DNA from: Escherichia phage SECphi27
Sequence record: LT961732
DNA length: 51,811 nt
Direction: 5' to 3' (one strand)
The notes beneath the pieces were generated by a model, which saw nothing but the letters and a program-made list of their open reading frames with translations, did not search any database and was not told the DNA's origin. Numbering within the stretch: the first letter of the stretch is position 1; the number at the start of each line of letters is the position of its first letter. Below, piece after piece: positions 27,058-36,738 of the stretch. The position numbers and the translations under genes were made by a program.

Positions 27058-27085
27058 AGGCCGTTACATTTAACGGCCTTTTTTA
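27058..27085 (+). terminator. Intrinsic terminator immediately upstream of capsid gene RBS
   Basis: aggccgtta-catt-taacggcct followed by T6. Confidence 0.6.
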
Positions 27086-27098
27086 TGGAGGAAGCAAA

Positions 27099-28070
27099 AT
27101 GGCTAAAAAATATGATGAACTAGATGCTACGATTGTAGCGAATCATTTGCAGATTCAGGGTGTCAAGACCGACGCTTCTGATATGGGTATTTGGACCGCT
27201 CAAGAGCTACACAAGATCCGCTCAACCGCATACGAGAAAGAATATCCGGCAGGTTCCGCGCTTCGCGTATTCCCTGTAACAAACGAGCTTTCTGATACTG
27301 ATAAGACTTTTGAGTATCAGACTTTTGATAAGGTTGGCTACGCGAAAATTATCGCCGACTACACCGACGATCTGCCGACCGTGGACGCGCTGATGACTTC
27401 TGAATTTGGCAAGGTGTTCCGCCTGGGTAACGCTTTTCTGATCTCCATTGATGAGATTAAAGCAGGTCAGCGAACTGGCAAGAGCCTGTCAACTCGCAAG
27501 GCTAACGCCGCGCAAAATGCACATGATCAGCTGATTAACTTCCTGGTGTTCAAAGGTTCCAAGCCTCATAAGATCGTTTCCGTTTTCGATCATCCTAACC
27601 TTACGAAAATTGTTTCTAAAGGATGGATGAGCCAGGATGGAAACACCAAGTTCCCTGATGTGGCAAGCGATGAACTGGAGGCTGCAATCGAAACGATCGA
27701 GGAAGTAACCAAAGGTCAGCACCGAGCGACTAACATCCTGATCCCGCCGTCCATGCGCAAAGTCCTGACGGTTCGAATGGAAAATACCACTGAAAGTTAT
27801 CTGGAATACTTCCAGAAGCAAAACGGCGGCATCACTATCGACTCTATCGCAGAGCTTGAGGATATTGACGGCAAAGGTACTAAAGGTTGCTTGGTTTACG
27901 AAAAAGATCCAATGAACATGAGCATTGAGATTCCAGAAGCGTTTAACATGCTTCCGGCGCAGCCAAAAGACCTTCATTTCAAGGTTCCTTGCACTTCCAA
28001 GTGTACTGGCCTTACGATTTACCGTCCGTTTACGATGGTGCTTATTACTGGCTTGAAAAAGTCAGTTTAA
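27099..28070 (+). CDS. major capsid protein
   Basis: 323 aa; follows scaffold; strong RBS GGAGG; bracketed by terminators. Confidence 0.75.
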   Translation: MAKKYDELDATIVANHLQIQGVKTDASDMGIWTAQELHKIRSTAYEKEYPAGSALRVFPVTNELSDTDKTFEYQTFDKVGYAKIIADYTDDLPTVDALMTSEFGKVFRLGNAFLISIDEIKAGQRTGKSLSTRKANAAQNAHDQLINFLVFKGSKPHKIVSVFDHPNLTKIVSKGWMSQDGNTKFPDVASDELEAAIETIEEVTKGQHRATNILIPPSMRKVLTVRMENTTESYLEYFQKQNGGITIDSIAELEDIDGKGTKGCLVYEKDPMNMSIEIPEAFNMLPAQPKDLHFKVPCTSKCTGLTIYRPFTMVLITGLKKSV

Positions 28071-28081
28071 TTAGATAACAT

Positions 28082-28110
28082 GGGGAGCCTTAAGGGTTCC
28101 CCTTTTTTTA
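28082..28110 (+). terminator. Strong intrinsic terminator after major capsid gene
   Basis: ggggagcc-ttaa-gggttcccc (one G-U pair) followed by T7. Confidence 0.75.
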
Positions 28111-28127
28111 TTTACGGAGTACACAAA

Positions 28128-28394
28128 ATGAGCAAAAACTTAAAACTTAAAGTAACTGGCGTTTGCATGATCATTATGAACGGTAAGCGTTATCATCCTG
28201 GTGATGAAATTGAAATTGAATCCGATCGCATTAATGATTCCGCAATTGAATACCTGATCGCTCGCGGCGATGTGGAAGTTAAAGACAATTCCGAAATTAA
28301 CGAGCAAATCAAGGAGAAAGCGGAGAAGAAGCGCAAAAAAGATCCTGCAGAGGGCAAGAGCCGCAAAGAGCTAGAGGATGGCGGCGAATATTAA
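28128..28394 (+). CDS. hypothetical head-associated protein
   Basis: About 88 aa; Lys/Glu-rich C-terminus. Confidence 0.5.
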   Translation: MSKNLKLKVTGVCMIIMNGKRYHPGDEIEIESDRINDSAIEYLIARGDVEVKDNSEINEQIKEKAEKKRKKDPAEGKSRKELEDGGEY

Positions 28395-28440
28395 TAATTG
28401 GGGCGCTTATGCGCCCCTTGTCATATCTGGAGAAAACAAA

Positions 28441-28860
28441 ATGGTAGATGAATTTTACACAGACGCTGAAATCGTTCAGCAAATCGTAAAGTTGGCCCCA
28501 CCAATGCAGCAGGTTGATCCCGATTTAATTGTGGCATGGATTGAGCTTGCTAAAGAATTTGTTTGCAAAAAACGGTTTAAAAACTCATACCCGAAAGCGG
28601 TTGCGCTTTACACTCTTCACCTTATGACCTTAGACGGGGCAATGAAACAGGAAGGTGAAAGCGTAGAAAGCTACTCCCGCCGCGTTGCTTCGTTCACTCT
28701 GACTGGTGAGTTTAGTCAGACGTTTGATAGAATTTCTTCCGATGCAAGCGGAAAGCAGATCCGACAAACGCCGTGGGGCAAAGTGTACGAAGTGTTAAAC
28801 CGTAAGCACGGTGGCGGCTTTGGCCTTGTAACTGGATTGCGCCGGAGATGTTGCCGATGA
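28441..28860 (+). CDS. head-tail connector / head completion protein
   Basis: Position between capsid and tail genes; start moved to ATG after GGAG. Confidence 0.5.
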   Translation: MVDEFYTDAEIVQQIVKLAPPMQQVDPDLIVAWIELAKEFVCKKRFKNSYPKAVALYTLHLMTLDGAMKQEGESVESYSRRVASFTLTGEFSQTFDRISSDASGKQIRQTPWGKVYEVLNRKHGGGFGLVTGLRRRCCR

Positions 28861-29231
28861 ACTACAATGAGATTGCAAGAATGGCTACGGCTGGGATTAA
28901 CTTTTTCAGCGACGCTAACGGTATGTTTAAGTGCATCACGCAGCAGGGAGGGGTTGAGATTATCGGCGGAGAGGAAGTTACCAAGCCGGAGATTTCAGTG
29001 ATGATAAAGGGGCTTGTTAGATCCCCGAAAACTAGAGAGGTTGACGGTGAAACAATCAGAGTAACCGACAAGTTGGGGATATTCACCAATGAAACTGAGA
29101 TCAAAAATGGTTATCAGATTGAAATTGATGGCGATCGTTACGTTGTCGTTGAAGCAAGACCAGTCAGGCAGACTAACATCACGGCAGCTTATCGTCCGAT
29201 ATTAAGGAGGATTGCAGTGCATGGCGGATAA
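28857..29231 (+). CDS. head-tail joining protein
   Basis: ATGA overlap; position. Confidence 0.5.
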   Translation: MNYNEIARMATAGINFFSDANGMFKCITQQGGVEIIGGEEVTKPEISVMIKGLVRSPKTREVDGETIRVTDKLGIFTNETEIKNGYQIEIDGDRYVVVEARPVRQTNITAAYRPILRRIAVHGG

Positions 29232-29664
29232 TTATAAGATCAGGGAATTTCACGGTGATATAAGCAGGTGGATTGATTCAGTAAGCAGCGGCCTTGTTGA
29301 TTGCGTTGAAATGTTCGCGACAAACGTCCACGAGGATCTTGTAAAGCGTTCGCCAGTTGATACGGGCCGATATAAAGCTAACTGGCAGGTAACAGCAAAC
29401 AAGCCGCCGCTATATGCTCTCAATCAATACGATCGCGATGGTAGTAAAACAATTGCAGAAGGCAAGCGAGCAATATATGCAATCATGCGGGGCGGTGGCG
29501 CGGTGCGGTCAATCTATTTTTCAAACATGCTTATTTACGCCAATGCGCTTGAATACGGGCATTCAAAACAAGCGCCGTCCGGCGTGCTGGGAATCGTGGC
29601 GGTAAAGCTGCGATCCTATATGACTAAGGCAATAAAGGATTCGAGGGCAAAAAATGCACTATGA
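29221..29664 (+). CDS. tail completion / neck protein
   Basis: About 147 aa; overlapping gene train. Confidence 0.5.
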   Translation: MADNYKIREFHGDISRWIDSVSSGLVDCVEMFATNVHEDLVKRSPVDTGRYKANWQVTANKPPLYALNQYDRDGSKTIAEGKRAIYAIMRGGGAVRSIYFSNMLIYANALEYGHSKQAPSGVLGIVAVKLRSYMTKAIKDSRAKNAL

Positions 29665-30055
29665 TTTAATGTTAGCGGCAAGAAAGGCGCTGGCGGAGGA
29701 ATATGAATCACGATTCAAGATCGCCTATGAAAACGTTGATTTTGTTCCGCCTGGTGATGGTTCGATGTGGTTAAAATTTGACTACATGGAAGCCGACACA
29801 GATCGCATATCTCTTGATAGAAAATGCGTTTCTTATATCGGATTGGTTCAGGTTGGAATTGTTATGCCTCCTGGCGGCGGCACTGATAAAGCGCGTTTGC
29901 TGGCTAAAGAGATTGCGAGATTTTTCTATGATGGTAGAATGTTTGAAACTGGCTATATTAGCGAGGGGGCAAACGTCCACGCATTACTAAAAAGTGAAAC
30001 AGGTTGGTTCTTACCGATCCGTTTCAGTGTTAGGCTTGACACAAAGGAGGAATAA
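29654..30055 (+). CDS. tail terminator-like protein
   Basis: 133 aa immediately upstream of major tail gene. Confidence 0.45.
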   Translation: MHYDLMLAARKALAEEYESRFKIAYENVDFVPPGDGSMWLKFDYMEADTDRISLDRKCVSYIGLVQVGIVMPPGGGTDKARLLAKEIARFFYDGRMFETGYISEGANVHALLKSETGWFLPIRFSVRLDTKEE

Positions 30056-30057
30056 TA

Positions 30058-30720
30058 ATGCACTTGCCTAATGGTTCTCAAATTTTCATCGGCGTTAATA
30101 TGGGTGAGCCAATTAGCGCAACTCAAATCACCAATGCTGATAATCCTGTTTTTACAGCTACAAACACTCAAAGCATCAAAAAAGGCGCTTATGTTCTTAT
30201 TGAAACATCTTCTTGGGGCAAACTTGTTAGTCGAGTGCTTCGAGTTAAGGAAGTATCAGATAACGTAAGTGTTACTCTTGAAGGTGTTAGCACTAAAGAT
30301 ACAAACGTATTTCCAGAAGGAGAGAACACAGCAACTTTCCGAGAAGTGAAATCTTGGGTGGAGGTTCCTTGCGTACAGGATCTTGCGCAGGACGGCGGCG
30401 AGCAACAGTATTACACTTATCAGTGTTTGGCTGATGACCAGGAGCAGCAGTTACCGACCTACAAGAGCGCGGTTTCTCTTACCTACACTTTCGCTCATGA
30501 ATATGATAACCCGATTTATCCGATCTTGCGCGAGGCTGAGGAATCCGGCGACGTAACCGCTTTGCGTATGTACGTGCCGAAAGCTAAAGAGATGCGTTGC
30601 TGGGCTGGCGTATTGTCTTTTAATGACATTCCGCAAACAACTATGAACGAAATGGAAACTGTTTCCCTTTCTGTATCTCTGAAAGGCCGATTCACGTTCT
30701 TACCTTCCGACGTTAAGTAA
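30058..30720 (+). CDS. major tail protein
   Basis: 220 aa; followed by strong terminator, then chaperone pair and tape measure. Confidence 0.7.
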   Translation: MHLPNGSQIFIGVNMGEPISATQITNADNPVFTATNTQSIKKGAYVLIETSSWGKLVSRVLRVKEVSDNVSVTLEGVSTKDTNVFPEGENTATFREVKSWVEVPCVQDLAQDGGEQQYYTYQCLADDQEQQLPTYKSAVSLTYTFAHEYDNPIYPILREAEESGDVTALRMYVPKAKEMRCWAGVLSFNDIPQTTMNEMETVSLSVSLKGRFTFLPSDVK

Positions 30721-30725
30721 AACAA

Positions 30726-30747
30726 GGGGCGTTGCGCCCCTTTTTTC
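30726..30747 (+). terminator. Intrinsic terminator after major tail gene
   Basis: ggggcg-ttgc-gcccc followed by T6. Confidence 0.75.
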
Positions 30748-30786
30748 ATTCCTGTAAAATCAATCTATCAAATAAATTAATTCCAC

Positions 30787-30805
30787 TTTTAACAAAAAGT
30801 GCTAT
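30787..30805 (-). promoter_or_regulatory. Conserved intergenic motif, inverted class, directly upstream of chaperone RBS
   Basis: Plus strand reads ttttaacaaaaagtgctat followed by AAGGAG and ATG 30820. Confidence 0.55.
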
Positions 30806-30819
30806 AAGGAGATCTTAAG

Positions 30820-31137
30820 ATGGCAAAGATGAAACTAACGTTAGGCCCACTGCCTGATTTTAAGCTGCCTGTTTCTTTCGTGCTTCCAAATGGTGATGAG
30901 CAAGTTATTGTTTTTACCGTGCGCCACAAGAAGGCAAGCGAAATTCACGAACGATACACGGCAGAAAAGCCGATGAGCGACGTAGAAATGATCACCTTCC
31001 TTGCTTCCGGTTGGGATCTGGAAGATGAATTTAACGAGGAAAACGTTGCTAAATTGCTGGATTATTACCCGTCTGCGTCATTATCGCTGACTGGTCATTA
31101 TATGAAAGCACTTGCGGGGCAGCGGGTAAAAAACTAA
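30820..31137 (+). CDS. tail assembly chaperone (G-like)
   Basis: 105 aa between major tail and tape measure; ends at slippery site. Confidence 0.7.
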   Translation: MAKMKLTLGPLPDFKLPVSFVLPNGDEQVIVFTVRHKKASEIHERYTAEKPMSDVEMITFLASGWDLEDEFNEENVAKLLDYYPSASLSLTGHYMKALAGQRVKN

Positions 31138-31454
31138 AGCGGGCGGTTTACCTGTTTTACCTCAAGCCGCCAACTGACGCACAATTAGAGGCCGTCGGCC
31201 TATCCCGTTCAGACTACGAAGGGGAGGATCCGCCGGAGGTAATTTTTGATGAATCAATGTTTCAATCTTGGGATCTATTTTGCGCCATGCAGACGCAATG
31301 GAGATCGACTAGCGGCAGTGTGTATGGGTTCGACTATAACGTTTTGCCTATGCTTTTTGACATTTACAAGATTGAGGATCGGGAGATGGCGCTAAATGAT
31401 TTGCGCATCATGGAACAAAAGGCGCTAGAAATGATTCATTCAAACAAAACATAA
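31128..31454 (+). CDS. tail assembly chaperone -1 frameshift extension (T-like)
   Basis: Slippery heptamer A_AAA_AAC at 31128-31134 just before the G stop; the -1 frame is open from 31128 to 31454. Confidence 0.65.
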   Translation, partial: KKLKRAVYLFYLKPPTDAQLEAVGLSRSDYEGEDPPEVIFDESMFQSWDLFCAMQTQWRSTSGSVYGFDYNVLPMLFDIYKIEDREMALNDLRIMEQKALEMIHSNKT

Positions 31455-31476
31455 GCGCCGAGAGGCGCTTTTTTAA
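31454..31476 (+). terminator. Intrinsic terminator-like hairpin before tape measure gene
   Basis: agcgcc-gaga-ggcgct followed by T6. Confidence 0.55.
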
Positions 31477-31493
31477 TATCTGGAGGTTTTAAA

Positions 31494-34175
31494 ATGGCTG
31501 AAAAATACGCTGGCCTAACGCTAGGCGTTGACGTGTCGCAGGTCAACAATGCTGTTAAATCATTGCAGCAATTCAAGAAGGCAAACGACGACGCAAAAAA
31601 AAGCGTTAATGAATTTGTTGATTCTGAGGTTGTGGCGCGACAGCAAGCAAAACAGTTTGCCGAAGAACTGGCGCGCCAGAAAGCAGAATTTAAGAAAATC
31701 CAGGAGTCAATTGATCCCACCGCGTCAAAGATGGATAAGCTGCGAAAGGCAGCGACACAGCTTGATGCGCTATGGAAAAAGGGCATTGTTCCTGATGAGA
31801 CTTTTTTTGAGCTTGGATCAATTCTTGAGACGCAGCAAAACAAGCTGATCGCAACAAAAAAAGCGATGACGGAGGAAGGCCGCGCGGCGCTTGAGGAATC
31901 AAAGAACAAAGCGCGTGCAGCGGAAGAGGCTAAAAAATTCGTCCAGGCTTTGCGTGAGCAGGAAGAAGCAGCCGGAAAAAGCAAGTCTGAATTGCTGGAA
32001 ATGAAAGCGGCACAGCTTGGTGTTAGCCAGGAGGCAGCGCCTTACATCGCAAGGCTGAAAGAGCAGGAAAAGCAGATCCAAAAACTTGGAATTTCTACGG
32101 GCCAATACAAACAAGCAATGGCGCAATTGCCAATGCAGATCACAGACGTGGTGACTTCACTTGCTTCTGGAATGCCTGTTTGGTTGGTCGCAATCCAGCA
32201 GGGCGGACAGATTAAGGATTCTTTTGGTGGCGCATCCAATGCTTTAAAAGCGTTGCTATCTTTCCTGAATCCGGTAAACGTGGCGTTTGGCTTGCTTTCC
32301 GGTACGCTGGCAATTGCTGCATATAATGCCTACAAAACACAGACAGAGTTTGAGGCAATTAAAAAAACCGTTCAGGAAACAACTGGCTTGACTGGTGATT
32401 TTGCCGAAAAGATTGCTACCGGAATCCAGGAGCTTTCCGACAAGACAGGAGAAAGCGCCGAAGATCTGGCAAAGGCTTACATCACCACGAAAGACGGCGC
32501 GAGCGAGGCGATTAAAAAACTGGTTGACGTTGGCATGACTTATGATGATGCAAAAAAGAAAGTCAACGAGTACAAAGGCGCGTCTAGCTTTGTCAGCTTG
32601 AATAACGAAATTGCAAACCACAAAAACAAAGTCCTTGAGTTGGGCGACTCGTGGTATGAAGTTTTGAAAGCGAAGCGTGATTACGCTTCCCCGTCCGGCG
32701 GCCTGTTAGGTAAAGAGCTTGGCTATGTTAATCCTATGCTTAAGTTTGCACTTAACACTTATGAAGACATTGGAAAGGTCGTAAAAGATGCGAATAAGGA
32801 CATGGCTGAACGAGCGGAGCGAATCGACAAAGAAAACCTTGCCTTGAACAGAGTGAGAGCAGCGCAGGAGGCTTTAAACAAAGCCATTGAGGATCAGAAG
32901 GGCGTGGCGCGTTCGGCTGATGAAGAACTGAAAAAGCGTGCGGCTGAGAACGTGGAGTTCAGGCGCAAAGAGCTTGAGGAGATCAAGAAGCAGGAGCAGA
33001 AAAAGAAAGAGGCTAAAGGCGGAATAGTTCGCGGCCCAACTGAGCAGCTTGATAAAGAGTTGTACGTTTTAAAAGCGCAACTGGAAACGCTTAAAGAGCA
33101 TCGCACTGTTAACGATGTTATTTCTCGCCAGCGTAAATCTTTATGGAGCATCGAAAAGCAGATCGAGATCCTGGAGGATGCGCAGAGCAAGCGTAAATTG
33201 ACCGGAGCGGAACAGGCGCTACTAAACGAGCAAAAAGCCGTTCTTGAAATGGCAAGGCAAAAAGCGGAGCTAGGGGATCAGATTGTTTTGCAGGAGCGCA
33301 AAAACAAGCTGGAGCAAGATAGCATTAAGTTTATCCGTGAAACGCAGGCGGCTATTGATGTGCTTGGCCTTAAGCAACTTGGCTACACTGAAAAGCAGAT
33401 CGAGCGTGAGCTAGAGTTACGCAAGCTGCGCACCGACTACGAGGCGCAAGGAGGAAGCGTTAGCGATGAAGTTTTTCAGCAAATGGAGTCGAAACTTAAG
33501 CTGTATTACCAGACACAAGACGAGGCGCAAAGCAACTGGTTAGCTGGAGCAAAGAACGCATGGGAGCTATTTGCGGAAGATGCAAACAATGCCTATGGTA
33601 ATGTTCAGCAGATAGCAAGCGAGGCGTTAAACGGCCTTACAAACCAATTAGCGAATTTTATCGCTACTGGCAAGGCAAACTTTAAAGACTTCTCGACGGC
33701 TATCATCAAAATGATTATTCAGATGATCACGAAAATGGTTGTCTTTAATGCTTTATCTGGCCTGATGGGCGGTCAAACCTGGACGATAGGGAGCTTGCTT
33801 AAGAACATTGGCGGATTTGCTGGCGGTGGATACACTGGCGACGGCGGTAAGTATGAGCCAGCCGGAATTGTCCATAAAGGTGAATTTGTCATGACTAAGG
33901 AGGCGACGCAGCGTATCGGGGTAGGCAACTTGTACCGCATGATGAGAGGCTATGCTAACGGCGGCGTTGTTGGTAGTTCCGGCTATACTGGCGGTGGCGC
34001 TGTCACTGGTGGAACACCTCAGTTTAACATTGGTGGGATTGATGTTAGCATCAATAACGGCAGCGATCCGAAGGGCATCGAAACTGGCGTTAAGATGATC
34101 TTTACTGATATGATTAAACGTTCCTGTATGCAGGGCGGGGAGGTTTACGAATTTGTTATGAGCAAGCGAGGTTGA
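31494..34175 (+). CDS. tail tape measure protein
   Basis: 893 aa; long helical charged N-terminal region; Gly-rich C-terminus; position after chaperone pair. Confidence 0.85.
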   Translation: MAEKYAGLTLGVDVSQVNNAVKSLQQFKKANDDAKKSVNEFVDSEVVARQQAKQFAEELARQKAEFKKIQESIDPTASKMDKLRKAATQLDALWKKGIVPDETFFELGSILETQQNKLIATKKAMTEEGRAALEESKNKARAAEEAKKFVQALREQEEAAGKSKSELLEMKAAQLGVSQEAAPYIARLKEQEKQIQKLGISTGQYKQAMAQLPMQITDVVTSLASGMPVWLVAIQQGGQIKDSFGGASNALKALLSFLNPVNVAFGLLSGTLAIAAYNAYKTQTEFEAIKKTVQETTGLTGDFAEKIATGIQELSDKTGESAEDLAKAYITTKDGASEAIKKLVDVGMTYDDAKKKVNEYKGASSFVSLNNEIANHKNKVLELGDSWYEVLKAKRDYASPSGGLLGKELGYVNPMLKFALNTYEDIGKVVKDANKDMAERAERIDKENLALNRVRAAQEALNKAIEDQKGVARSADEELKKRAAENVEFRRKELEEIKKQEQKKKEAKGGIVRGPTEQLDKELYVLKAQLETLKEHRTVNDVISRQRKSLWSIEKQIEILEDAQSKRKLTGAEQALLNEQKAVLEMARQKAELGDQIVLQERKNKLEQDSIKFIRETQAAIDVLGLKQLGYTEKQIERELELRKLRTDYEAQGGSVSDEVFQQMESKLKLYYQTQDEAQSNWLAGAKNAWELFAEDANNAYGNVQQIASEALNGLTNQLANFIATGKANFKDFSTAIIKMIIQMITKMVVFNALSGLMGGQTWTIGSLLKNIGGFAGGGYTGDGGKYEPAGIVHKGEFVMTKEATQRIGVGNLYRMMRGYANGGVVGSSGYTGGGAVTGGTPQFNIGGIDVSINNGSDPKGIETGVKMIFTDMIKRSCMQGGEVYEFVMSKRG

Positions 34176-34528
34176 TAATGAAGCTGGATCAGTTTAAGTG
34201 GTGTACGCAGGTTCAGAACGGCGGCGGGTCCATGACGTCATCAAATAACGATCGAGAGATTGCATTCGGTAACGGATACACACAGGTAGCATCTGGAGGC
34301 TTTAACACAATCCGGCGAGAGTTTAGCATTGTTTACGCTGGGCTTGATTACAGAGATGTTGTCAAGTTCCTGAATGAGCACAGGCTAAAACCTTTCTTGT
34401 GGATCATGCCAGATGGAAGCCCTGGATTGTTTAGGGTTAAAAGCGGTAGCGTCGGGCTTACCCCATTGTCGCCAACCGTTCAGGAAGTAAAAGCCACTTT
34501 TACGGAACAATTTACATCAATGCAGTAA
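34172..34528 (+). CDS. minor tail protein (lambda gpM-like)
   Basis: 118 aa; ATGA overlap with tape measure gene. Confidence 0.55.
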   Translation: MIMKLDQFKWCTQVQNGGGSMTSSNNDREIAFGNGYTQVASGGFNTIRREFSIVYAGLDYRDVVKFLNEHRLKPFLWIMPDGSPGLFRVKSGSVGLTPLSPTVQEVKATFTEQFTSMQ

Positions 34529-34532
34529 TTTA

Positions 34533-34558
34533 AAGCCGCCTTTGTGCGGCTTTTTTCT
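34533..34558 (+). terminator. Intrinsic terminator
   Basis: aagccgc-ctttgt-gcggctt followed by T-run. Confidence 0.6.
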
Positions 34559-34590
34559 TGATGTTACAATGAGCAAAAAGGAGGTAGAAA

Positions 34591-35352
34591 ATGGCTAATA
34601 AAGAATCAGGTAGAGTTGAATTTGAGAACTGCCTACAAAGTTTGTACCCAGGCGAAATTATAACGCTTGTAGAGATTGACGGGACGAAGTTCGGAGCAAA
34701 TATTTACCGATTTCACAATGAGAACATCTCTTATACTGCCGAGGAATTAATGCAAGCGCAGCAAACCGGAATCTTGCCGCCGAAAGATATTATTTTTCAG
34801 GGTGAGGTTTACGGAGCGCGGCCTTTCGGTGTGAGCGGGATTAACTTCACAAGTAACGGCAGGGCAGATAAGCCTCAGCTTATAGTGTCAAACCTTGACA
34901 GCAGGGTTAGCGCAATGATCAGAAATTACAATGGCATGATGCAAGCAAAGGTGACTTTCTGGATCACGGCAAAGGAATTTATCGGAGAAGGCGGAGCAAT
35001 CAAAGATGGCGCTTACAGAAAATTGGTTTATTACATTGAGCGCCCAAGCCAGTATAATAGAGAGGTGGCGAAATTTGATCTGACATCGCCTTACGATATG
35101 GATGGATTAATGATCCCGCCGCGCATCACTCAAAGCGTTTGCTATTGGGCGCAAAGGGGGTGGTACAGGAGCGGAAAGGGTTGCTCTTATAACGGATCGG
35201 CAATGTTCGATAAAGACAATAAGCCAGTAACAGATCCATCACAAGACTATTGCGCCGGAACTGTAACGGCTTGCAAATTGAGGTTCGGTCAGCAAAACGA
35301 GTTGGATTTCGGCGGTTGCGCGGTGGCGTCACTGCTACGGAGGAATCAATAA
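34591..35352 (+). CDS. minor tail protein (lambda gpL-like)
   Basis: 253 aa; C-terminal Cys cluster. Confidence 0.6.
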   Translation: MANKESGRVEFENCLQSLYPGEIITLVEIDGTKFGANIYRFHNENISYTAEELMQAQQTGILPPKDIIFQGEVYGARPFGVSGINFTSNGRADKPQLIVSNLDSRVSAMIRNYNGMMQAKVTFWITAKEFIGEGGAIKDGAYRKLVYYIERPSQYNREVAKFDLTSPYDMDGLMIPPRITQSVCYWAQRGWYRSGKGCSYNGSAMFDKDNKPVTDPSQDYCAGTVTACKLRFGQQNELDFGGCAVASLLRRNQ

Positions 35353-36083
35353 TGATTAGTGCAAAAATTAAACTTGAAATAATGCAGCACGTTAAAGAGG
35401 AATACCCTAAAGAGGCTTGCGGCGTCATAACTCAAAAGTCACGGGTACAGAAATATCACCGCATAACCAACGTGCATGACGATCCAGAAAATCACTTTGA
35501 AATGGACGCCGTAGAATACGCTGAATCGCTCGACAAAGGCGAATTAATCGCGGTGGTGCATTCCCATTGCGGGGATGGTGCTAGTACGATACCGAGCGCG
35601 CACGACTCATGTATGTGCGATGAAATGGGTGTGTCGTGGATTATAGTGTCATGGCCAGAAGGTGATATGAGAATTGTCGAGCCGCAGGAGAGGCCGCTTA
35701 TCGGTCGCCCGTGGTCGCTGGGGTCGTTCGATTGCTGGGGTCTTATCATGGCATGGCATAAACAGCACGGAGTAGTATTGAATGACTTCCGAAAGCCTTA
35801 CGAGTGGTGGAAGTCAGAATATGGTGAAAATCTTTACCAGGATAATTATTTGAAAGAGGGATTTGTTGAAACTAACGAGCCTCCAAAACCTGGTGATATG
35901 GTGATTATGCAACTATCATCACCAGTCTGGAATCATGCGGGAATTTATTTGGGTAACAACCAGCTATTACATCATGCGTTTGGAAAGCTATCTCGCATCG
36001 ACTTGTATTCTGGATGGTATCAGGAGCACACTGTAAAAATTTGCCGACATAAGGATCTGAAATATGACATTGAAAGTAATTAA
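35352..36083 (+). CDS. tail assembly protein (lambda gpK-like; JAB/MPN plus NlpC/P60)
   Basis: JAMM-like HSHCGDG...SAHD motif and NlpC/P60-like FDCWG Cys; ATGA overlap. Confidence 0.7.
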   Translation: MISAKIKLEIMQHVKEEYPKEACGVITQKSRVQKYHRITNVHDDPENHFEMDAVEYAESLDKGELIAVVHSHCGDGASTIPSAHDSCMCDEMGVSWIIVSWPEGDMRIVEPQERPLIGRPWSLGSFDCWGLIMAWHKQHGVVLNDFRKPYEWWKSEYGENLYQDNYLKEGFVETNEPPKPGDMVIMQLSSPVWNHAGIYLGNNQLLHHAFGKLSRIDLYSGWYQEHTVKICRHKDLKYDIESN

Positions 36084-36660
36084 GCTATCTGGTTCCCTGG
36101 GGCGTAGATTTGGCGTCTTTCACAAAATGGCGGTTGACTCATACCCCGAAGCAATACGTGCGTTATCTTCCCAGGTTGAAGGGTTCAAAGACTACATGCA
36201 AAGCGAAGTAGGATCGCGCATGAAGTACGCTGTATTCGTTGACGGTAAAAACGTTGGTCAGCATGATGAAAAATCATGGAAGTGCGCGCGAGAGGTTCGA
36301 ATAGTTCCCGTTCCAACTGGTTCTAAGTCCGGCGGCCTGTTTAATGTTGTTCTTGGCGCTGCAATTATGGCTACTGCGTTCTTTACTGGCGGTGGAAGCC
36401 TGGCGCTTATGGGCGCTTTTGCATCTTCCGCATTTATGATGGGTGGTGCTATCGCGCTTGGCGGTGTCATGCAAATGATCTCGCCGCAGCAGGGAGGAAT
36501 GAAACTGCAAAGCCAATCAGCAGAAAACAAGCCTTCTTACGCTTTCGGCGGTGCTGTAAATACCACGGCGGCAGGTTATCCGGTTCCTTTGCCATATGGA
36601 TATAGGACAGTAGGCGGCGCAATCTGGTCGGCTGGCAGCTACGCAGAAGATAAAGCATAA
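36064..36660 (+). CDS. tail assembly protein (lambda gpI-like)
   Basis: 198 aa; Gly/Ala-rich hydrophobic C-terminal half; position before J-like gene. Confidence 0.6.
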   Translation: MTLKVIKLSGSLGRRFGVFHKMAVDSYPEAIRALSSQVEGFKDYMQSEVGSRMKYAVFVDGKNVGQHDEKSWKCAREVRIVPVPTGSKSGGLFNVVLGAAIMATAFFTGGGSLALMGAFASSAFMMGGAIALGGVMQMISPQQGGMKLQSQSAENKPSYAFGGAVNTTAAGYPVPLPYGYRTVGGAIWSAGSYAEDKA

Positions 36661-36667
36661 AAAAATA

Positions 36668-36690
36668 CCCGCCTTGCGCGGGTTTTTTTG
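36668..36690 (+). terminator. Intrinsic terminator
   Basis: cccgc-cttgc-gcggg followed by T7. Confidence 0.65.
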
Positions 36691-36738
36691 TGCATTTATA
36701 ATGTGCAAACCAAGAAACAGCACAAAAGGTTAAAAGTC

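Noticed and set aside
31436-31984. 182-aa minus-strand ORF antisense to the tape measure gene
   Set aside because: Lies wholly inside the tape measure gene on the opposite strand; Ser/Ala/Cys-rich low-complexity translation typical of antisense reading of a repetitive gene; no RBS.
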